Shown one piece after another: positions 1-11,065 of a stretch of 64,000 nt of DNA. A program made the position numbers and the translations under genes. The first letter of the stretch is position 1, and every line of letters begins with the position of its first letter. The notes under the pieces were generated by a model, which was given only the letters and a program-made list of their open reading frames with translations, had not been told where the DNA came from and did no database searches. The stretch is taken from NCBI GenBank assembly GCA_964016885.1, contig OZ024743.1:282720001-282784000 (forward strand), written 5' to 3'. The stretch is from Eledone cirrhosa (Eukaryota).

Positions 1-400
1 CATTCATAAATGTTGTTTGGCAAATATCAGCAGCAATTCATCAGAAAACTTGGAACAAAGGCCATACTAATGTTATATGTAACAATGGAGATTTGGAATA
101 TCCTGTGTCTCTTTTCTACCTTTAAGCAAGAAGGGCACTCGACCATAGAATACCTGCCAAAAAAACTCTTCAGCTGTGCTAGTGCCATGATAAAATTAAA
201 CTGGTGCACTCTGTAGAGTGCAGAAATATATATGAACAAGTAAGTATCCAGTATGTATGAGAGGCCAGTAGCTCTGATTAAGCACTGGTATGGTCTGTGT
301 TGACCCATCCAACCCTTGTTAGCAGGAAGAACAAATGTTAAATAATGATTTGTAAAAAGGAGAAAAAAATAAGTAAACAAAAACTGAATAAAGGCTATAT

Positions 401-874
401 TACGATATATACTCAAATATCAGCCAGCCGTTGTATGTCTGAGAAGTAGGCAGAAATACAAACCTGCGTATAAGTCGAGGCAACTAATCAACACATTATG
501 TTTTGAAATTATTATGAGTGGAGAATATAATTATGAAGTTTTAATATTTTGATGTTTAAAATGTTTTAACTGTTATTTTAACATATAGTTTTTGTTTTAC
601 AACTCCATTACATAATGATTTTTTTCCAAAGTTCTGACCATTTCGAAGGCCATATTCATTCAAAATACATCAAAAACAATAGGAAAAATAAAATTTAACC
701 TCCAAAGGTAAACTGGTGTAATATTCACCTCTAAAGTGAAAATATTTTAGCACCTCATTTACATAGAATTTGAAAGTTGAAAATCGGCAAAATATTGACC
801 TCGAATATAAGCCAACTCGCATTTTAAAATTGATTGTCACATATATCTCAGCTTGTATATGAGTATATACAGTA
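401..874. mobile_element. pogo/Tigger-like MITE (Tc1-mariner superfamily), degenerate
   Basis: The ends TACGATATATACTCAAATAT... and ...CTTGTATATGAGTATATACAGTA form imperfect TIRs bounded by TA. The internal sequence matches a second copy at 16345-16847. Confidence 0.65.
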
Positions 875-1124
875 TATGTAATACAGACTGAGGTTTTTAA
901 CTAAATTTTCTTCTAATAAGTCAATTGTGAGAATGTAGAAAAGGAAAGTATTGAAAATAAATAATAAAATCACTAAAAACTAGAGATTCTAAAATTGAAT
1001 GACAAACAATCTCTGTAAGTTGATTAATCTAATTTTTTAATACTTTTCAAATTGAAAAGTATGTTCTACAATATTTGGTTTAAATAGATAAACAGACATA
1101 TAATTTTGTTAAAATTAACAGAAT

Positions 1125-1517
1125 TTACTTGACAACGAAAGGCCAGTTGTATGATGCAAGCATGCTCTGGTGGGTGTGCAATGTTACTATGCATGAACAA
1201 CAAAATATGAATGAGCTGAGAGAAAAGTTGAGTATAAGAAGAATCAGATGTAGTGCACAGGGGAGAAGACTGCTCTGGTATGGACATGTGATGCATATGG
1301 ATGATAATCCGTGGTGAGAAAGTGCCAAAAAATCCCAATGGATGGAAGCTTCAGTAGAGGGAAACCAAGAAAGACCCAGGCAGAGGTTGTGAGAACCAAT
1401 CTCAAATCGCTGAAGTTCAAAGAGATGACAAAGGATTGCAACAAGTAGAGGGATGCTGTGCTAGAAATGACCCATCTAACTCATGCAAGCATAGAACAGA
1501 TGTAAAATGATGATGAC
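1125..1517 (+). mobile_element. RTE-clade LINE 3' fragment, old and degenerate
   Basis: The peptide MLWWVCNV...NELREKLSIRRIRC...LLWYGHVMHMDD matches the C-terminus of the RTE at 34587-34961. It ends in CATGCAAGCAT...GATGATGA like the other RTE tails. Confidence 0.8.
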
Positions 1518-1619
1518 AGTGTTGTGAGAGATGACAAAGCTAAGAGTGAAATTGAAAAAATTAAATATACAGTTCCTACAGAAGTTAAATGAAAGTCTTG
1601 AATGAAATAAAATACTCAC

Positions 1620-1714
1620 GCCACACAAAAAGGCTTTTTGTCATATCCCTTGTAATTCTTCATATTTAAGGTCATTCCACAGACTTCGCATTTGAAGCAA
1701 CTTTTGTGCCATAC
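1620..1714 (-). CDS. LASP1: Internal coding exon (95 nt) of LIM and SH3 domain protein Lasp, C-terminal half of the LIM domain
   Basis: The minus strand reads ttttgcag|GTA TGG CAC AAA AGT TGC TTC AAA TGC GAA GTC TGT GGA ATG ACC TTA AAT ATG AAG AAT TAC AAG GGA TAT GAC AAA AAG CCT TTT TGT GTG GC|gtgagt, giving [32 protein letters not shown]. This matches the LASP-family LIM motif as I recall it ([31 protein letters not shown]). Splice sites are canonical, phase 0 in and phase 2 out. Confidence 0.95.
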
Positions 1715-2475
1715 CTGCAAAATATCACAAAGTATAATTTTTAAAGGTATCTAAACAGATAAATTATTTTTTGAAATAATCTATTTTAGAAGAAAAGCTG
1801 AGGCAACAATTAAAAACAATTAAAATTTAAGATGTTATAAATCGTCTGTCTATGAAAATATTTATAAAATATTTCATTGAAAAAATGAAAAAATAATAAA
1901 TTACCAATAATTACTAATCAATCAAATAGATATTTAAAGAAATAATTACTTTTCTTTACTTTCTTCCATAATGCTTTAATATTAATAGTGGTATAATTAC
2001 AATTAAACAAATAAATTGAGGGAGATTTCAACATAAATGTTTTAATATTTTCTGACACTATTTCAAACAGTACTCAAAGAGACATGACCATTCAAAGACA
2101 ATGTTTTTTTTTTAATAATGGTTTCTGATTTAGATACAATGCCAACAATCTTCCTTTTTTTTTGTGTGTGTGTGTGTGGGGGGGGGGGTTACATTAATCG
2201 TACTATATTTTATTGACACTTGTAAGGATGAAAGGCAAAGCTAACCTCGGCAGGATTTGAAAGGGCCATAACTAAATGCTACAATGTATTTTATCAGATG
2301 CTCTAACATCTCAGCCCATCTGCTGCCCTAAAAGCTTATTTAATAATGCAAAGTATGTCAATAAAGTTCTGAACATACAATTATCAAGCTGTAATCTGAC
2401 ACTCATACCACTGCACTAAGCCAACTTTATGTAGAATGGAGAGAAAATGATTCATATATTTCTTTATTTAGAATA

Positions 2476-2778
2476 GGTACACTGTATCTCTTGCATGTCA
2501 TAAGAAACAACTAAAAGGGTTGGTGCCAGGAAGAGTATTGTCTCAAAAAGAGATTCAATATTATAGGGCCTTCAAGGCTAAACTCTCCTTTAGCATGAAA
2601 ATGGCCTTAAAACACTTGTGCATATTGTATCCCTAAGTAATTGGGCTGATGCCAGGAAGAGTAACCAGCTGTAAAATACTGCCTCAAAAATAACTCAACT
2701 TATGTGTGTGAAGCCTAGTATGAGGCCTGCAAATCTAAACTCTGCTTTAGCATGAAGATGGCCTTAAAATGTTTGTAG
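2476..2778. mobile_element. Retroposed insertion with 19-bp target-site duplication and an internal tandem duplication
   Basis: TATTTCTTTATTTAGAATA occurs at 2457-2475 and 2779-2797. The internal unit TGCCAGGAAGAGTA...CTTTAGCATGAARATGGCCTTAAAA occurs twice. The left end resembles 38108-38170. Confidence 0.6.
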
Positions 2779-3889
2779 TATTTCTTTATTTAGAATATTC
2801 AAAGGCCAAGTTGTCATGACAGACAGCCCCTCTAGTGTCAGTGGCATGATAAAATGCTGTAAAGTGCTTATTGATAGTTAAGGTATCCAACTGTAAAAAT
2901 GATACCAATAAAAAGGAAATGTACATGGCAACAGTGATTGGTTATTCTTTCTATTATGTGAATCAAGTGATGAGGAACTAATGACAAGATAGCATGAGAA
3001 TGGTTTAGTGTGACAATCATTGTATTGTGATTAAAACAACATATTACTCAGTAAAATTCAATCTGCTAGTTGATAGAAGACAGTTTCTATTACAGGAAAT
3101 TGTTATATAACAGACATATGGTTTAGGTTGTTAGTCAAATGACTAGGTGCGATCTATAGGTCCAGTCAGCACCCTAGATATACTATACTTCTGATCTATC
3201 CATGTATGTTTAACCATTTTGTTACATAATTATGTATTTCAATTAATGGAGAATTTGGAGGGATTTACTAAAATTATCAATTGTTTCACTACTAAGATAT
3301 TCAACATAAAATCATTTGTTGTGTTACAAACACTATGTTGAAAGATTTGAATTTAAAGAACCTGTGTGGTTTTGTTTCATAGAATCAGAGCTGATTTTGT
3401 TTGGATTAGTATCAAATATATTTAAGTCAGTTACAGTAGTGCCTCCAGTAAAGACAAATTAGGTAACATAGTAAAAGTTGTAAAAATAATATATAAATAT
3501 ATATAAATTACTTGTTCAAACAATAAGTGTTACCAACCCATGAAACCAGGGTTAAAATAGAGAAGTCATCTATCTTGCCAGGCCATAATACTAGTATCTA
3601 TTATTGGTGTTACATTAACCACAACTGTGATCATAGTTGATGTTAGGATGTATACCGAGAAACTGTGTATTTTGATCTTGCAGCATTTTACTATCTCAAT
3701 TACTGCCAGCTGCATTAAGAGGATTAATAAGCAACATGATGGTGCCATAGACAATAATAATAGGGTTACTGTTAGAATATAATCTGCTCTCATTAAACAA
3801 TCTCAAAATCTCCCAGTTTCAACAAATTAGTTTCAAGAGAGCAAGTGTTGTTTGTGTGAATAGTGTGTGTACATGTGATTCAGTGTAAA

Positions 3890-4200
3890 TGTACCTATTC
3901 TTGATATGAAAAAGCGACAGTTTGGAGAGATAAAGAAAGAGCGTGTGTGTGTGTGCACGTGTGCGTATGCATGTTTGTATGCGCCTATTCTTAATATGAA
4001 AAGGCGACAGTTTGGAGAGAGTGTAAGTGTGTGAATGTGTGTGTGAACGTGTGCGTGTGCCCATGCATGTTTGCATGCACCTATTAATATGAAAAGGCGA
4101 TGGCAGTTTAGAGAGAAAGTGTGTTTCCATGTGCCTATTCTTAATATGAAAAAGAGGGGGAGTGTGTGTATGTGTGCACTTGCATGCACTTATTCTTACT
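3890..4200. repeat. Imperfect minisatellite, about 4 units with (GT)n-rich spacers
   Basis: The core CCTATTCTTAATATGAAAAGGCGACAGTTTGGAGAGA recurs near 3894, 3984, 4080 and 4134. Confidence 0.8.
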
Positions 4201-5269
4201 AATAAAATAAAATAGCAAGGGAGTAGGTTAGACAATAAGTCTCATTTGTTGTGATTATTTCCCTTTTTAGATTGAGAAGTTACTATAAAAGATAATTGTC
4301 TTCTCAAAAAGGCAATTGTTGAAAATCATAGCAAAATACAGAGAAGTGTAAAGGTTACAGCTGGTCAAATAAATGGAATATTGGCCAACCAGTTAAAGTC
4401 AAGCAATTTATATTCCACAATTGAGGGTTTATGTGTTCATGCTTAATGCTGCAGCACCAAACTCTCACCAATACTGCCCACAAAATAGAAAACAAGTCAA
4501 ATAACAAGTATCTCTGAGCATTATGTGCTGGAATAAACTTTGATTTCTAATTTAAGCACAAGTTAAGCAAAATTGAGAAAAGAGCAAAGTTGATTAAATC
4601 AACGCCAGTACTTGACTGGTGCTTTATTTTATCATCCCCAAAGGGATGAAAAACAAAGTTGACCTTGGTGAGATCTGAACTCAAGATATAAAGAACCAGA
4701 ATACCAAAATGGAATTTTATCTACCAATTCATCACACTTTGTGCTGGAATAAATATTCCCATAAAAAATCTGTATTCAGTTACAGAGATACCTCAACCAA
4801 TTGATATGTTTAAAACTCAGACGCCTTTATATATTGGCTGTAGAGGTGAAAAAATAAACTGCTAAAAATGTGTTCAATACTCTTCATGTCTCCAGGAGTC
4901 ACAATAACTTGGCAACACTATAATAATTATAGTCAATTAACATGAAAACTGAATGTTGGCCAAGTGAGCCATCATTCAGAACTGAACTAAAAAACAACTA
5001 TAGTAACAATGAACCATGTTGATGACTAAGGAAACATGTTTGGGAAAACAGAGAGGACAAGTGATTTTAACTACAAACTAATAAGATATGAGACAACTAA
5101 CAATTATACCTGGTCACAAATATGGAATCAAGCCAGGATTTTCATATTTGTTTAGTAAAACTAGGTGGAAATCTAAATCAGTAGATGACTCATTATTATT
5201 CATATCAGTGTTCTCAGTCCACTTTCCCAAAATGATGATCAATATATCAATATATATAGACACAGGTGT

Positions 5270-5490
5270 GAATATATGGTTAAGGAGCTTGCTTCACAAC
5301 CATGTAGTTCTGGGTTCAGTCTTACTGTGTGGCACATTGAGCAAGTGTCTTCTACTATAGCCTTGGGTTCACCAAAGCCATGTGAGTGAAATTTGGTAGA
5401 CAGAAACTCAAGAAGCCCATTGTGTGTATATATATCATTTAACCCATGCTAGCATGGAAAAATGGATGTAAAACGGTGATGATGATGATG
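5270..5490 (+). mobile_element. tRNA-derived SINE with RTE-type 3' tail
   Basis: Head TGGTTAAG...GGTTCAGTC, a TTGAGCAAGTGTCTTCTACT body, and a tail CCCATGCTAGCATGGAA...(GAT)n shared with the RTE LINE. A related copy lies near 29555-29790. Confidence 0.6.
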
Positions 5491-6149
5491 TCGATGTTCA
5501 CATTTATTGTTTGCTTATGTCATGTGATTAAGCAGCTCAACAAGAAGAGATTGATAAAATAAGTAACAGGCTTGAAAACATAAATACCGACAGACAAACA
5601 GACAGATAAGTGCCACAAGTAAACAGAGTTATTTCAGGAGATAAAGTAATTATTACACTTGTCCATCACTAAGTTCATACCTAAAAATACTTTTTGCAAT
5701 AACAGTATTGATACTGAACAGAATACTGGAGGAAATACATAATTAACCAATAAGAACTGGTTGCAAATGACAACAAACTACTCTGTCAATACTAACAACA
5801 AGAGTGTTATTTCAAAGAGGAGGAGACAAACATATAACATTAATATTGACAGGTTCTGAGCAATAGGTAATACTTTCATTGTAACAAGAGTAGAGAAAAG
5901 TATATTAATTGTACAATCCTTAATCAAAAGAAAATAATTGGAAGTTATGGAGGAACTCAAATAATTGGAAATTATAGAGAACCTAAAAAATACCAAGTTA
6001 AAAGACACCTAATGCAGCAAGAAAACATTCTACATACTAACAGATGGTTTGCATTGCATTAGAGAGTGACATAGATCTATACCAAATGCTTTATTGCAAA
6101 TATGAAAATATATTACAACAACCCAAAACAAAACAATATATATATATAT

Positions 6150-6493
6150 AAATTTCGTTTCTGAATTTATTTAGCAAGATTCTTTATCTGAAAACGTGTG
6201 TTGAAACCAATATTGTTATACTTTGGGAGGGTCATGTTGCCAATAAAAAACACACGCACCAGTTGCTTTCACTCCAATATATTATAAATTTCCGGTTGGT
6301 TGGCTCGTTCCACAACCGGACGGTTGTTCATATATTGTCAAAGTTCTTTCGTCACACATTGTGTGACCTCTTCAGGGACTGGCGATTCTTTTCTTTGTTT
6401 TATGCCTCTCCTTTGTTCTGTCCTACGCCATCTTGTTTTTCTGGTGCGTGTGTTTCTTATTGGCAACATGACCCTCCCAAAGTATAACAATAT
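6150..6493 (-). mobile_element. Short Penelope-like non-autonomous element (inverted 5' copy plus tail) with a decayed hammerhead-like motif
   Basis: 53-bp inverted arms at 6210-6262 and 6441-6493 differ by one mismatch. ACAATATATATA..AAATT flanks both sides. The minus strand at 6347-6375 reads CTGAAGA G GTCACAC AAT GTGTGAC GAAA. Confidence 0.55.
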
Positions 6494-6593
6494 ATATAAA
6501 TTCTCTTACTGGTAATAAGGTAGTAATAAATTACTGACCTTTCCTATTTATAGTTGTTTATAGTATATACATAACTATAAATAGTATTATTAT

Positions 6594-6615
<22 letters not shown>

Positions 6616-6624
<9 letters not shown>

Positions 6625-7273
6625 GAGGGGGGTTTTTTTAATGAAAAAAACGAGATGTCCTACACGAGTGAAAGTATAAGGAAAAAAGATGAAATCGAAA
6701 ATGCAATTGGAGTTTTTTTAAGAATAATTATTTGGTTCCTTTACCGGTTTCGCAGTTCTTATGCTTTTCAAAAGTAGAATTGAGATGGAGAGCTTGTGGT
6801 TTTTTTCGCATCTGGTTGGTGTTCTTGTTTTATGTAGAAAAAAGTGGCTCGAAATGCTAGGTTTTTTTAGAAAAGTAGTTTGGTTGGTTTATGACTGTCA
6901 TGTGAATAAGTATAATAATTCCGCGCTAGTTCGTCGCGTTACAAAGTCCTTATTATATTTGCCGGGGGGGGGGGGGGGGGGGGGGCTCAGTTTGTTTTTC
7001 ATATATGAGTGAAATTTGGTTGGTTGGTTGGTGCAGCCACATAAATAAGTATATCAACTTTCGTGCCAGTTCGTATTTGAGGGTTCTTTTCACTTAAAAA
7101 AGTGACTCAAAAAACTTTTTTTATAATCAAATTACATTTATAAAAAAAACTTTTTGAACCACTTTTCTAAGTGAAAAGAACCCTCAAACATGAACTGGCA
7201 TGAAAGTTCATGTGCTTATTCACGTGACTGCACCAACCAACCAACCAAATTTCACTCATATATGAAAAAACAA
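6616..7273 (-). mobile_element. Penelope-like element remnant with a terminal hairpin and a decayed minimal hammerhead
   Basis: Inverted arms at about 6992-7126 and 7137-7273. The minus strand at 6739-6774 reads CTT TTGAAAA GCA TAAGAAC TGC GAAA CCGG TA AAG. The element abuts (TA)n at 6595-6616. Confidence 0.55.
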
Positions 7274-8018
7274 TCAAGGTGGACCTGAAAGTTAAACAAC
7301 AAAAAAGCAAAACATGAAAAGAAAACCTCTTAGGTGCAAACAATACTTGATAAATATTGTTCTCTGGGACAGAGAACAAAACAAAAAAAAAAAAATGAAA
7401 TGCTCTGGGGATAAATATCACAAATATTGACCTTGTAAACTTTTTGAATCTAAAAGGAAAATCATGATGTAGAGAGTGTTAATAATGGAATTGATGTAGA
7501 ACTTAAAACTATTGTAAGTTTGACAATAGATTCCTATTACTAACCAGACAGTGGGGCACTAGACTACGTGACAATATATAAATTCGGCCATCTTAGAAAC
7601 AGCTGATGTATCCACATCACACATATTTAGTTAACACACTCTAGATCAAGATATTTCAGGAGTTCATAATTTAAGCCTAATGATCATCCTCCACCACCAC
7701 CACCACCACCACCACACACAGCTCCCACACACAATATTTGATATCACTAAAAGTCTATGATAGAAAGACAGTTGCTTTGTTGATGATGAAACATCTAAAT
7801 AATAAATAACATCATCTCTAAACTTGAACAATCAATATTGTAATTAATTTAGATTTTCATCTAATACTCAGATGATTTGTTTCAAGAAGTGTATTTCTCC
7901 AACAAAAAGAATCTAATAGGTGATGATTCAACACTGTTGCTCTACCTGCTGGAAATAGCAACCAAATTTCCCTAAAAACAGGATAAAAAATACATATTGG
8001 ATAATGCAGTCTTAAATA

Positions 8019-8827
8019 CTGATATTAAAGTATTGTTCTCAAAATAAATAATATCAAAATCTCATAGATTCAATGTTATGTGAGGTAAAGCCTTTACCAT
8101 GAAAATATCATAATACTAGCCAAATTACCCACGCCTTGCTGCGTTTCACACATTTTTTTTTGTAAGAAAATGATGATTGATTTTAAATCAGTGATATAAT
8201 TTATAGAGAAAAACTCTGCAATTCAATATTACTCAATGTAAAATGTAATGCATGAAAAATTGGAAAACATTTTTTGTAATATATCAAATCAAAATTACAT
8301 TATTAAATCTTATTCTTATTTTGTTTCTTGTAAATAAAATAAAGGGAAAATGTTAAAAAGGTAGAGGCATTAACTAATAATTTTTGTTGTCATAATTCTA
8401 GTGATGTTTTGCCATAGATAAAATGTCTAAATTAGACAAATTTTATTATAAAAGAGAGGTGCTTTTTTTTGTTGATTTAATAGGAAAACCCCGTGATAAT
8501 AGAGTTATGGGCTTCCAAAATTTTCACTATAGGGTGTCTTAATATTATTGAAATTTGCTGAAATATTGTGAATAGGCATCATATCTTGTCATTGACCTTT
8601 GGTTTAAATTTCATATAAATTGAAGGGACAAAAATTTTCAACACGAGAACCCTTTGATTAAAATGAAATATACTTATCCAAGTACCCTGGGCAATGTAGT
8701 TTCAGAATATATATGGTTATGGGGTCTATCTCCAAAACCATAGGAGTTTGTGAACAAACAAACAAACAGACAGGAACTACAACTTTATATATATAAATAT
8801 AGAGTAATGTAAATGCTAAAGGGATAA
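8019..8827. mobile_element. piggyBac-like MITE fragment interrupted by a Helitron-like element
   Basis: 8019-8114 and 8797-8827 join to give the body and right TIR (AAATGCTAAAGGG) of the MITE family seen intact at 20982-21195. Confidence 0.75.
8115..8796 (-). mobile_element. Non-autonomous Helitron-like element
   Basis: The left end ACTAG is followed by a GC-rich palindrome remnant (CCCACGCCTTGCTGCG), i.e. a 3' CTAG end on the minus strand. The right end is (AAAC)n AGACAG...CTTTATATATATA. There is no TSD and it splits a MITE cleanly. Confidence 0.65.
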
Positions 8828-8929
8828 TCCATACTTGCCAAAGTATAGAGATAAGAGAATCACTAGATTGGTGTACAAAAAAGATGAGTTTGTAAGAGCT
8901 GCAAAGTCTTTTATGTTTTATAATAGATA

Positions 8930-9334
8930 AGGCGCTACGTTATCTAGATGATGTGGAAAATATTGCATTAGAGTTGCCCAAATGATGTTGAGATCATCTT
9001 TAAAATACACCTAAGGATTGTGCCACATGCTATCTGCCCCCAACAAAAATTAAGCTTGCATCTCATAACATTACAGCACAATAATTTCACCTCAACTGGT
9101 TCTATTGTTTTTAAAAATACACCAAAACACACAAACAGAACCCATAAAATTCAAAAAGTCTTTGGACAAATTCCTCCAAGAAATCTCGGATAAACCTCCT
9201 ACACCCGGATATGTATCTAAATGATAACTCTACTTGAGTGGGCTATGATGTCCAAATCCTGATTTGAATGACTTCGCCATGTGGTACTATTAAGTTAGAC
9301 ATAGGTTTTGGCCAGTATTGGCCCAGGCTATCAA

Positions 9335-9336
<2 letters not shown>
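8930..9336 (+). mobile_element. CR1/L2-type LINE 3' fragment
   Basis: Around 9140-9215 it translates as PIKFKKSLDKFLQEISDKPPTPGY, the FKxxLDxFL C-terminal signature of CR1-group ORF2. Upstream reads MMWKILH..CPNDV. Confidence 0.65.
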
Positions 9337-9383
<47 letters not shown>

Positions 9384-9547
9384 CAATATGTAAAGATAAC
9401 ACACCAGAGAGAGAGATAGTGCGCCATCAGTCAAACAGGGAAAAACCACCAGTGTATGGAATCTATAGCCCATGGAAGGCAAAGTAGACACACAATAATT
9501 AAAAGTATAAATCAAAGTGCAAATACGTACCTTGATAACTATCTAAC

Positions 9548-9637
9548 ACACACGTACAAATCCAAAAAGATCTGTTTCACCAACTAATTTGTTGACAGAA
9601 ATGATTAGCCTATGGTTCATCAGCATGTGTAAGGCTA
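9548..9637 (-). ncRNA. Type I hammerhead ribozyme, mirror copy, sense to the Lasp transcript
   Basis: Exact reverse complement of 10158-10247. Confidence 0.85.
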
Positions 9638-10157
9638 TACATTTCAGACAACACTAAAAGAATCTAAAGCGACCATCCAGCCACACGTGGTAGAGAGAAA
9701 TTCACAGCGTGCCTAGGGCAGCAACCAGTGGCCTCTGAGGGACGAGCTGCTAGAAAGAGCAGCCCAAAGCACTCGGAGAAATGTGCTCAACGAAACAGAG
9801 AGAGAGAAGATACTGTTATAAGGAGCGAAATATCACGATAAATTAACGGAGCCATAGACTCTTGCCATTCCCTGTATTATAAAGGGCTCGGGATTCCTTC
9901 TCCTTTGAGCACATTAATGACAGGGAATAGAGAGAGTCTATGACTCCGTTAATTTATCGTGATATTTCGCTCCTTATAACAGTATCTTCTCTCTCTCTGT
10001 TTGGTTGAGCACACTTCTCTGAGTGGTTTGGGCTGCCCTTTATAGCAGCTCGTCCCTCAGAGGCCACTGGTTGCTGCCCTAGGCACGCTGTGAATTTCTC
10101 TCTACCACGTGCGGCTGGACGGTCGCTTTAGATTCTTTTAGTGTTGTCTGAAATGTA

Positions 10158-10247
10158 TAGCCTTACACATGCTGATGAACCATAGGCTAATCATTTCTGT
10201 CAACAAATTAGTTGGTGAAACAGATCTTTTTGGATTTGTACGTGTGT
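10158..10247 (+). ncRNA. Type I hammerhead ribozyme with full stem III and GUA cleavage triplet
   Basis: Stem I ACACATG(10165-71)/CGTGTGT(10241-47). Core CTGATGA 10172-78. Stem II ACCA(10179-82)/TGGT(10213-16). GAAA 10217-20. Stem III CAGATCT/GGATTTG. Predicted cleavage after A10240. Possible pseudoknot TAGCCT(10158-63)/AGGCTA(10184-89). Confidence 0.88.
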
Positions 10248-10506
10248 GTTAGATAGTTATCAAGGTACGTATTTGCACTTTGATTTATACTTTTAATTAT
10301 TGTGCGTCTACTTTGCCTTCCATGGGCTATAGATTCCATACACTGGTGGTTTTTCCCTGTTTGACTGATGGCGCACTATCTCTCTCTCTCTGGTGTGTTA
10401 TTTTCTCTACATTTTGTATTATAAAGGGCTCGGGATTCCTTCTCCTTTGAATACATTAATGACAGGGAATAGCGGGAGTCTATGGCTCCGTTAATTTATC
10501 GTGGTA

Positions 10507-10538
<32 letters not shown>

Positions 10539-10641
10539 TATTATTATTATTATAGTAATAATAATAAATTTGAAGACTAAAATCCAAAGAGGGCTCGATA
10601 AGGATAAATATATATCAAATATATAAGAACTGTATCTGTTA

Positions 10642-10685
<44 letters not shown>

Positions 10686-10689
<4 letters not shown>

Positions 10690-11065
10690 CCTAAGAAAAT
10701 ATATATATGCCTATGTATATAATTACATGCATACATTTATTTTTCTAAATTAATTGAGTTCTTTACACGAGGAATTGATATTAGTTTTGAAATAACTAAT
10801 TAACCCACGTGTGTTTTATATTTTACTCTTAATTCGGCCGGAGATTTACATTCCCATTTGCCCTTTAAAGCATAATTTTCCGTATTTACTACGGTTACGA
10901 GATGCGGTTTCTTATTCAGGTACAACCTCTGATTTTAGCCTAAGAAAATATCTATATGCGTGTGTAATTTATACACGCATATATTTATTTTTTTAACTTC
11001 AATTGAGTTCTTAACACGGATTGATAATGTTTTCGAATAAACTGATTAACCCGCGTGTATATTAT
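10686..11065. repeat. Diverged direct duplication (about 130 bp, period 249) at the start of an unclassified repeat
   Basis: TTAGCCTAAGAAAATAT...ATTGAGTTCTT.ACACG...ATTAACCC.CGTGT starts at both 10686 and 10935. It follows (TA)n. Confidence 0.65.

Larger units (their letters stand above)
9377..10503 (+). mobile_element. Non-coding hammerhead-bearing retroelement (Penelope-like/retrozyme-like): inverted copy, 542-nt unit and partial tandem repeat
   Basis: 9377-9875 is the reverse complement of 9920-10423. The direct repeat 9873-9961 / 10415-10503 gives a period of 542. (TA)n flanks both sides and there is no ORF. Confidence 0.88.

Noticed and set aside
6620-7170. Apparent TC-to-TT / GA-to-AA hypermutation producing homopolymer runs
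   Set aside because: Arm-to-arm differences fall in mixed contexts and no consensus is available. Ordinary AT-biased decay explains them.
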